From IMG/VR virus record IMGVR_UViG_3300030376_006003, positions 64,950 to 128,949 of that record: 64,000 nt of DNA; one strand, written 5' to 3'. This document shows positions 57,081-64,000 of this stretch, one piece after another. The translations under genes and the position numbers were made by a program. The notes under the pieces are model-generated. The model searched no databases. It was not told the DNA's origin and saw only the letters and a list, made by a program, of their open reading frames with translations. Source of the stretch: a virus. Lineage: Duplodnaviria > Caudoviricetes. Position 1 is the stretch's first letter, and each line of letters begins with the position of its first letter.

Positions 57081-58817
57081 TTAATCTATTCTTTGTACTA
57101 ATACTTTAATATCGTTAGTAGCTGGTGCACTATTAAATGTAACTTCAACGTTATCTGCATCTGTTCTAACAACTTGAGCTACAACAGTATCATAACTACT
57201 TACGTCATATAACTGAACTATAACATCTCTTGTATCTAAAGCATGGTTTACAGTATAAGAAGTGGCACTACCATCTCCAATTGCCACACTATAACTTCTC
57301 ATTGATACTTGACTAGCCTGTATAATTACTCCTGTTGCAACTCCTGCTAGTGCTTGAGCATCAGTAGCATAACGAACACCTAAAGCTGTTCTAGCGTCTG
57401 CTGCGTTTGAAGAATTTGTACCACCATTAGATACAGCTAGTACACCTGTAACACCTATATCAAGTGCATCGGCAGTCCCATCAAGCCCAGCAGCACCACT
57501 TTCTGCTAAGTCAACTAGTAAATCTCTTTGTGTTGCCCACTTAGTAGCTGTAGCAGAATTTCCTGAACAAGCTTCTGCTGAAGCTGCTGTTCCTGTTGTG
57601 TCTTGATTTAACGTTGCTACTCTAGCAGCGGCAACAGTACCTGATGTTATCTCACTACCGTTTAAAGCAGTTAATGATGCTCCTGATCCATCAGTAAGTA
57701 ATACTGTTCCTGTTGCATCAGGTAATGTTATTGTTCTATCAGCTGATACCGTACCAGCTTTTAGCATTATCTCATTGCTATTAGCAGCACTACCTTCAAA
57801 CTGTACACCATTTGATGTTGATACAGTGTTTACATTATTTGTTGTTGTAGTACCGGTTACAGTTAAATCACCATCTAATGTTAAGTCATTAAAGGTGACA
57901 TCATCACTTGTAGATAACCCTTGATTAATAGCTTTAACTGCAGCTAAATTTGTTAACTCTGTATCCATTAAAGCTCCGGCTGATGTAACATTAGCTGTAT
58001 CAGTAACGTCTGCATTATTTTCTACTCCTGTTGCTGTTGAATAAGTTCCAAGGTCAGATATTTGTGACTCAGTAATACTTAAAGCTGCTTGATGACCTGT
58101 TACATCACTTTCAGTTACAGTATAACCTGTTATATATGTGTTTGTATCAACTGTATATTGGCCAGCGCCTGTTCTTTTCATGAGACCGTTGGAAGTAAAG
58201 TCACCGTCCATAACAGCTCCTGCAGATGCTACGTTTGAAGCGTCTGTCACATCAGCACTATTCTCTACATTTGTTGCAGTTGAGTATGTGCTTGTATCTA
58301 AAGTATAGTTTCCATCACTAGTTTTTTTGAGTAATCCACTAGTACCAGTGAAGTCACCATCCATTATGGCCCCTGCTGCAGCAACATTAGTAGCATCAGT
58401 TACATCAGCTTCTGCTTCTATGTCAGCTAATTTACTATTTAAAGTAGCAGTAAAGTTTACATCAGATGGTTTAGTGTTTGTAATAGTAACAGTTCCATCT
58501 GCCGTTGTTTCTGCAGTAATTCCTGTACCTGCTGCAAAAAATAAATCATCACCTTGTGTTATAGTAGTTGGAGTAGTATCAGTAGTTGCAGATACTGTGA
58601 ACCCACTACCCATTGTATTAGTATTTTGCTGCATAATATCCACCCAACCGTCTGTTGAGTCTACATAAACATAAGCTACTTTAGCAGTAGTGTTATAATA
58701 CGTTTGACCTGACACCGGTGTAGGTGTTGTAGGGTGAGCTGGAAGTTGTTGTAATCTTATATTCTCTAATTCATTTTGAAGTAGATCAATATTTACTAAG
58801 TATTTTAATGATGCCAT
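57081..58817 (-). CDS. Tail fibre protein with internal repeats
   Basis: 3x (I/V)E..ADVTD..NV..AGA.MD; VSNGGT fibre motif; C-terminal IGDG...VNHAL.TRDV.VQ.YD module. Confidence 0.75.
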   Translation of the reverse strand: MASLKYLVNIDLLQNELENIRLQQLPAHPTTPTPVSGQTYYNTTAKVAYVYVDSTDGWVDIMQQNTNTMGSGFTVSATTDTTPTTITQGDDLFFAAGTGITAETTADGTVTITNTKPSDVNFTATLNSKLADIEAEADVTDATNVAAAGAIMDGDFTGTSGLLKKTSDGNYTLDTSTYSTATNVENSADVTDASNVASAGAVMDGDFTSNGLMKRTGAGQYTVDTNTYITGYTVTESDVTGHQAALSITESQISDLGTYSTATGVENNADVTDTANVTSAGALMDTELTNLAAVKAINQGLSTSDDVTFNDLTLDGDLTVTGTTTTNNVNTVSTSNGVQFEGSAANSNEIMLKAGTVSADRTITLPDATGTVLLTDGSGASLTALNGSEITSGTVAAARVATLNQDTTGTAASAEACSGNSATATKWATQRDLLVDLAESGAAGLDGTADALDIGVTGVLAVSNGGTNSSNAADARTALGVRYATDAQALAGVATGVIIQASQVSMRSYSVAIGDGSATSYTVNHALDTRDVIVQLYDVSSYDTVVAQVVRTDADNVEVTFNSAPATNDIKVLVQRID

Positions 58818-58832
58818 CTTTTTTCTCTTTGT

Positions 58833-59078
58833 TTAGTTTAAATAAGCTTTTCCACCAAATGGGGCAGAAAATACTATTGTTAAATTATTCTTATCAACAT
58901 ATGTTACTTGTCCTATAACTACTGTACCACCAGTGTCAACTACCTCAACAGCGGGGTGTTTATTTAAGTTATGTTGTATGTTCCATGTAGCTGAAGACGT
59001 GCCCTGATCATGAATAAAGTGTTTATCTGCATCCGGCTTAGTTAGCGAAAGAGCATAATTTCCAAGATCTAAACCCAT
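58833..59078 (-). CDS. Small fibre-associated protein (HNL module)
   Basis: Q..SSATWNIQHNL.K.P.V.VVD...F..PF.GKAYLN; resembles the C-terminal module of the fibre. Confidence 0.65.
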   Translation of the reverse strand: MGLDLGNYALSLTKPDADKHFIHDQGTSSATWNIQHNLNKHPAVEVVDTGGTVVIGQVTYVDKNNLTIVFSAPFGGKAYLN

Positions 59079-59084
59079 ATGCCA

Positions 59085-59237
59085 TTATATTTCAAATCCA
59101 AAGTTTAATACAATACACCTATGTTCTACCCCAGGATTACAATATAACTCTAATAAAGTTAATCTTCCTAACCTAATAGATATGTCATATATACTGTCCT
59201 TTTTGTTTCCTTGTCTCCAACTGTTGATCCAATTCAT
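59085..59237 (-). CDS. Small hypothetical protein (probable start 59237)
   Basis: MNWINSW... begins 2 nt after the nuclease stop. Confidence 0.55.
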   Translation of the reverse strand: MNWINSWRQGNKKDSIYDISIRLGRLTLLELYCNPGVEHRCIVLNFGFEI

Positions 59238-59238
59238 T

Positions 59239-59583
59239 TTATTTTTTCTTTTTACCACCCCAGTACTCAACGGCAAAGCCTTCTTGTACTAAGGTTTCAT
59301 TAACATTTAAGTCTTCAACATGTAAAGTCCCAAGTACTCTTCCATATTTTCCAACTTCTTTACTTTCTAAAATAAATTCACCGCCCTCTAAGAGTTCAGC
59401 TAATCTATCCTTAGATGCAAGGCCCCGTGCCTTTTCTTCTAAATCTCTTGTTCTTGACTCAGGTGTATCTATACCTGCTAGTCTTATTCTTTTATGGATA
59501 GTTATATCAAACCCTAAGTTTATATGAGCATCTACTGTATCCCCATCTACTATCCTATCTAATTTTGCTTTATATGTATACAT
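59239..59583 (-). CDS. Thermonuclease (SNase-like)
   Basis: VDGDT...IRLAGIDTPE...GKYGRVL...N..LV.EG.A. Confidence 0.9.
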   Translation of the reverse strand: MYTYKAKLDRIVDGDTVDAHINLGFDITIHKRIRLAGIDTPESRTRDLEEKARGLASKDRLAELLEGGEFILESKEVGKYGRVLGTLHVEDLNVNETLVQEGFAVEYWGGKKKK

Positions 59584-60659
59584 TAAAATATCACGTAATT
59601 AATTCCTACTTTAAAATCATACCACTCTTTATTCCAATACTTATTATAAATACCCTCTAAGAACATACCAAAATGCCTGTCAAATTTATAACCAACTATC
59701 AGGCCTCCTGAATAATCATACCATTGTTCACCTTCATTAAAATTGAAGTAAGAGTATTCACCTCCATCATTATAATGGTATGGCATAACATTTCCCCAAC
59801 TGTGTAACCAAAAGCTTTTACTATAGTGATAATAATCATATCCTAAAACTAATGAATGATTCCATTGTGCGGGTAACTCATTTCTCTTCTTTTCCGTATA
59901 GTCTGCTAAGACCCCCGGTATTACTACTGCTTCCCATACTTCAGTGCTTGTGGCAACAACAGCACCTGACGGGTCATAGTATTCTCCTTTATATACATCT
60001 ACATTATACCCTTCTTCTATGGCAAGGTAGGTATAATGCAAATTCCCATTACTCAATTTCCATTCATCTAAAGGATCATATCCATACGGCTCTGCAATCC
60101 TTTGTACTGCTCCTATATTAATTGACAGCTTTCTACTTATCTCGTGTCTATATCTCTGTGATAATTCAAAATACTTTATGTCAGCAAATCCATCTTCTAA
60201 GTATTCACCTTTGAATGAAAAATGTTTAGCACATAAAATTTTACCACAATTATCATGAGCAGCGTATCGTATGAAATGATGTTGATCTAAATACTCCATA
60301 CCCTCTTGACGCTTTATATCAAATTGGAATTTGTATTCTAAACCTCTGATCTTACCTACTGTTGCTGCATCACTATAATTAGACTCTGTTCCATCGTAAA
60401 AGGTGTTAGCTTTATTCTCGTATCCAAATCTAGCTATCTTCCTTACACCAAATGAAACTGAATAGTCATAAGGAGTCTCTATCGTTGTAGTTTCTAAACC
60501 GTTATTAACGGAATATATATCCACATCTGATATAGACGTACCTCCATTTACTGCCCCATAGAACGTAGAAAATTTAAATACTTTTTTTAAATCTATGTCC
60601 TGTGAAAAAGTAAATAATGGTAGAAATAATAATAAATATATTATTAATTTCTTGTTCAC
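59583..60659 (-). CDS. Signal-peptide-bearing putative outer-membrane beta-barrel protein
   Basis: MNKKLIIYLLLFLPLFTFSQ (cleavage before Gln, Bacteroidota style); aromatic/Gly alternating strands; C-terminal KVGINYVIF beta-signal-like end. Confidence 0.7.
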   Translation of the reverse strand: MNKKLIIYLLLFLPLFTFSQDIDLKKVFKFSTFYGAVNGGTSISDVDIYSVNNGLETTTIETPYDYSVSFGVRKIARFGYENKANTFYDGTESNYSDAATVGKIRGLEYKFQFDIKRQEGMEYLDQHHFIRYAAHDNCGKILCAKHFSFKGEYLEDGFADIKYFELSQRYRHEISRKLSINIGAVQRIAEPYGYDPLDEWKLSNGNLHYTYLAIEEGYNVDVYKGEYYDPSGAVVATSTEVWEAVVIPGVLADYTEKKRNELPAQWNHSLVLGYDYYHYSKSFWLHSWGNVMPYHYNDGGEYSYFNFNEGEQWYDYSGGLIVGYKFDRHFGMFLEGIYNKYWNKEWYDFKVGINYVIF

Positions 60660-61381
60660 TACTCTGTTGCTTTAGTCCAATATGCATATTCACACATAAC
60701 ACCTTCTGCTGTAGACGCACCTTGAGCAACTGCTTGTAAACCTTCACCTGCTTTTACAGGAAGCCAAGTAAACTCTCCAGGACGTAACATTACTGTGCTA
60801 GAACCGGATGCTGCTGTAACATTAGTAACAGTTGCATTTGCGGCAGCACTACCAGATGGAGTACATGTAGCAGCTATAGTATATGAATCACCAGGATTAG
60901 CTCCTACAACTGTGTACGTATGACTGGATCCTCCTGTTACTAAATCAACTGATAAAATAGATGGGTGATTTAATATTGCAGTTTTAACTAAGTCTGCTGT
61001 AGTTCCTTCATTTGTAGTAAAGACTATAGATTCTTGTGCTACACCATCAATGGTTAAATTAATTGTATCACCAGTTATAAACAGTAAGTTAAATGTTACT
61101 GTATCTTTTTGTGCTACCGGTGCTGCAGTAATCGTTGATAATGTTATGGTATTAGCGGAGGTTGTTACACCATCTGCTTTTGTACCTGTGTGTGATACAA
61201 AACAGTACTTAGTTCCAGCTGTTGCTGGTACTAGTGATACTGGAGTTATCACGCTTGCCACTGATCTAGATATACCTAGACTAGGGGAGCCTACAGTTAA
61301 AGTGTCTGATAAGGATAAGCTTATAGGACTACTAGAGACTGTTGAGCTACTAATTGATAAAGCTGTTGTAATTGTTGCCAT
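60659..61381 (-). CDS. Thr/Ala/Ser-rich putative structural protein (paralog of 61421-61819 with an insert)
   Basis: Shared MAT.T..L..SS...S...SLS.S start and L..(G/D)(E/D)F...P...EY end. Confidence 0.65.
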   Translation of the reverse strand: MATITTALSISSSTVSSSPISLSLSDTLTVGSPSLGISRSVASVITPVSLVPATAGTKYCFVSHTGTKADGVTTSANTITLSTITAAPVAQKDTVTFNLLFITGDTINLTIDGVAQESIVFTTNEGTTADLVKTAILNHPSILSVDLVTGGSSHTYTVVGANPGDSYTIAATCTPSGSAAANATVTNVTAASGSSTVMLRPGEFTWLPVKAGEGLQAVAQGASTAEGVMCEYAYWTKATE

Positions 61382-61420
61382 AGTTTCTAATTTGTTATTT
61401 ATTGTTGTTATTAATTATTA

Positions 61421-61819
61421 TTATGCTGTTCCAAATATCATATATTCTGCTACATAGTTTGCTGCATGACCATATACTTTTAATGTACTAGCTCCTGTGA
61501 TTGGCATAAATGCAAAATCATCTCCTGATAATTTTAATATTACGGTATCACCAGATGATGTATCATCATATAAATAGATGTACTCACCTTCTGTAGGTTG
61601 CATGTTTTTTATATATAAATATGCAGGTGTTGTAGCATATTGGTTTGCAGTAAATATAGTCTCACAACTTGCTCCTGCTGCGTTTTGACTTACTTTTACT
61701 TTTGCCATACCTGATGTTTGTTCTGCTGTTATGTCTTCTGATATACTAAGTGATACAGCTTGAGAAGATAATGCTCCTGCTGCACTTGATAAAGTAAGAC
61801 CTGCTGTTACTGTTGCCAT
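61421..61819 (-). CDS. Small putative structural/decoration protein
   Basis: Beta-rich; YLYIKN...LSGDDFAFMP. Confidence 0.65.
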   Translation of the reverse strand: MATVTAGLTLSSAAGALSSQAVSLSISEDITAEQTSGMAKVKVSQNAAGASCETIFTANQYATTPAYLYIKNMQPTEGEYIYLYDDTSSGDTVILKLSGDDFAFMPITGASTLKVYGHAANYVAEYMIFGTA

Positions 61820-61823
61820 AGTT

Positions 61824-64000
61824 TTATTTTTTAATTATTTGTTTTATTATTACTTTATTTATTATAATAGTATACATTCCAGAGTTTAATTCTCCTATAC
61901 TTAATATACTAATATTTTCTCTATTAATCAACCTTTCTCCCAGCATATTGTAGATTTCTACATCAACTTCTTTACTAAAGTTTAAAATACCATCAGTTGG
62001 ATTTGGATATATATTTATTTCTTCTGTTATCATTCTTGCTGGTGGTGATGGTCCCGACCAACTATCTTGACAATAGTCATATGTTGCTTGGCATATTGTG
62101 TCCCATTCATTCTCACAACAATAATCATCTACTGAAATTACCCAAGCATAACACTGATCATTCAAAAAGAAAGGATTACCAGATCCATTTATACACCATT
62201 CTGCTGCATATAAACAACCTAAAGAATCATGCCCATGATTTACATTTGCTAGAGGATTGTAGTTCCACGCATTTTGGTCCATACACCCTTGAACCACAGG
62301 TATACACGAACCGTTGTCAGTATTAGCCAACGTATCAAAATTAAGGGCAGTACTGTCAGTACAACCATAAATGTAAGGAATACAGCTGAAATCCTCGGTG
62401 TTGGCTTGAGGATTGAAATTAATAGCAGAAGGGTCAGTACACCCAAAAATAAAAGGAACGCAAGAGTTATTATCAACATTGGCTAAAGGATTATAATTAA
62501 ACATTGTACTATCTGTACATCCATATATAGGTAATATACAACTGAAGTCGTCAGTATTACAGGAATCACAGTAGTTAAGAGCTGTAGGGTTTGTACAACC
62601 AAGTATAACTGGTATACAACTCCCATTATCTACATTTGCATTTGGATCAAAATTAAAGGCTGTACTGTCCATGCACCCGTAGATAGGTAGAATACAGGAA
62701 AAATCATCCGTATTTGCAAGAGGATCATAATTCAACGCACTAGGATCAGTACAGCCGTAAATAAATGGAACACATGTTCCGTTATCAGTATTAGCAGTTG
62801 GATCATAATTAAATTGTGTTGAGTCAGTACATCCATACATAAACGGAATACATGAACCATTGTCTGTATTAGCTAATGGGTCATAATTATACATAGTTAT
62901 ATCAGTACATCCATATACAACACCTATACATGTAGAGTCATCTGTGTTTGCTAGCGGATCATAGTTTAGTGCAACCGGGTTTGTACAACCATAAACAAAT
63001 GGTACACATGAACCGTTATTTGTATTTGCTGTAGAATCATAGTTGAATGCCAAAGCATCAGTACAACCAAAGACTACTGGTATACATGATCCGTCTGAAG
63101 TGTTGGCTGCAGCATTATAGTTAAACATGGTATCATCCATACAACCATAGATCACAGGTATGCATGATGATGAATCATTTGTATTAGCAGACGGATTAAA
63201 GTTAAATGCTGTTGTATCCATACACCCAATGATAATAGATACACAACTTGAATCATCAACGTTAGCTAAAGGATTATAGTTAAAGGCTAATGAGTTTGTA
63301 CAACCAAGCACCACTTGTATACACGGCCCTGGCATATTTGCAGAGTCTGAATAGTTTAGTGCTGTAGAATCCATACAACCTACTATACCTGGTGTACATA
63401 TATTACCACAGTAAGGTATGTTGCTGTATCTATAAGGGAATTGCAACATAGGATCTGTCCAAGGATTAGTTCCTCCTGATAAAGTAGTATCACCTTCTGG
63501 TCCTATTAAGAAGAATCCGCATTGACTTGCTGTTGTTGATGAGTTACCTGGAGCAAAGAACATTAACTCAACAGGGCTAAATGAATTTAAACTAATAGTA
63601 AATTCTTCAAAGTAACCGTCATTAGGGCCCATCATAAACGGTCCTAATATTGTACTGTCTTGAAGTATACCTACCCATGCTCCATACCATCCATCTTCAG
63701 CCTCATCAGTAATTACTAATGTATATTGGCATTGAGGAACTACTTGCATCGTATTTGCTATAGGATCATAGTCAGGTGATGTTGAATCAGTACAACCTAA
63801 TATAACAGGTGTTGCACAAGATGAATCATCTACTGTAGCTTGAGGATTATATTCTGTAAATCCTGGTGTTGTACATCCATATATAACATTAGGCACACAT
63901 GGAGCTACTGTATATACAATAGAAGTATCATCTCCAAAATTAGCATTTCCTGGTAATATAGCCATTATAGTATCACCACATAACGTTTGCACTACTGCCC
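61824..64000 (-). CDS. Cys-repeat protein with T9SS type-A C-terminal sorting domain; 5' end outside the window
   Basis: About 17 copies of a ~26-aa GC(T/M)D..A.N(Y/F).P.AN.D..SC repeat; C-terminal IYPNP...VEIYNMLG...LNSGMY.I....KQIIKK; frame open to 64000. Confidence 0.88.
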   Translation of the reverse strand, partial: AVVQTLCGDTIMAILPGNANFGDDTSIVYTVAPCVPNVIYGCTTPGFTEYNPQATVDDSSCATPVILGCTDSTSPDYDPIANTMQVVPQCQYTLVITDEAEDGWYGAWVGILQDSTILGPFMMGPNDGYFEEFTISLNSFSPVELMFFAPGNSSTTASQCGFFLIGPEGDTTLSGGTNPWTDPMLQFPYRYSNIPYCGNICTPGIVGCMDSTALNYSDSANMPGPCIQVVLGCTNSLAFNYNPLANVDDSSCVSIIIGCMDTTAFNFNPSANTNDSSSCIPVIYGCMDDTMFNYNAAANTSDGSCIPVVFGCTDALAFNYDSTANTNNGSCVPFVYGCTNPVALNYDPLANTDDSTCIGVVYGCTDITMYNYDPLANTDNGSCIPFMYGCTDSTQFNYDPTANTDNGTCVPFIYGCTDPSALNYDPLANTDDFSCILPIYGCMDSTAFNFDPNANVDNGSCIPVILGCTNPTALNYCDSCNTDDFSCILPIYGCTDSTMFNYNPLANVDNNSCVPFIFGCTDPSAINFNPQANTEDFSCIPYIYGCTDSTALNFDTLANTDNGSCIPVVQGCMDQNAWNYNPLANVNHGHDSLGCLYAAEWCINGSGNPFFLNDQCYAWVISVDDYCCENEWDTICQATYDYCQDSWSGPSPPARMITEEINIYPNPTDGILNFSKEVDVEIYNMLGERLINRENISILSIGELNSGMYTIIINKVIIKQIIKK

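Noticed and set aside
53579-59583. Complete lysis cassette
   Set aside because: A holin-like gene is present, but no recognisable endolysin or spanin lies in the window
1759-62486. Short alternative-frame or antisense ORFs nested in long genes (e.g. 1759, 4256, 8107, 11134, 15191, 47840, 58327, 61050, 61997)
   Set aside because: They lie wholly or largely within well-supported genes and have no motifs; most likely shadow ORFs
62250-63400. CRISPR-like or DGR-like nucleotide repeat array
   Set aside because: The ~78-nt periodicity is the coding Cys repeat, with synonymous divergence; no spacers, cas genes or reverse transcriptase in the window
1-64000. Stop-codon reassignment as in some gut crAss-like phages
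   Set aside because: Standard-code ORFs tile the window densely, core genes are uninterrupted, and TAG and TGA both end genes at tight junctions
1-64000. Prophage or host chromosome boundary (suggested by groEL, phoH and the T9SS protein)
   Set aside because: No integrase or run of housekeeping genes; these genes are tightly coupled to phage genes in the same orientation

Overview
The whole window looks like part of an AT-rich crAss-like (Crassvirales-type) phage genome, read in the standard genetic code. The host is inferred to be Bacteroidota (probably aquatic Flavobacteriia) from three signs: TAnnTTTG promoters, A-rich leaders without Shine-Dalgarno sequences, and a type IX secretion sorting signal. 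There are three blocks. (i) 1-22.8 kb, minus strand: virion and packaging genes (Cys-rich repeat proteins, putative ring and auxiliary capsid proteins, major capsid, scaffold-like protein, portal, TerL, PD-(D/E)XK nuclease, IHF/HU-like protein, PhoH). (ii) 23-53.5 kb, plus strand: early and replication genes (SF2 helicase, DnaB, Sak4-like ATPase, SSB-like proteins, primase, RusA-like resolvase, vWA-metallopeptidase plus MoxR-like AAA+, exonuclease, spore-photoproduct-lyase-like radical SAM, PolB, GroEL), with singly inserted tailoring enzymes (halogenase-like, 2OG oxygenase, sulfotransferase, nucleotidyltransferase). (iii) 53.6-64 kb, minus strand: holin, tail-fibre and LamG genes, thermonuclease, an outer-membrane-protein candidate and a T9SS-tagged Cys-repeat protein. 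The most unusual features are a candidate phage-encoded T9SS cargo plus outer-membrane barrel, whose Cys repeat is shared with proteins of the structural block; an AAA+/vWA-peptidase cassette flanked by three proteins sharing a helical motif; and a structured non-coding switch region at 22.8-23.6 kb. All family calls come from motifs recognised by eye and from gene order, not from database searches.
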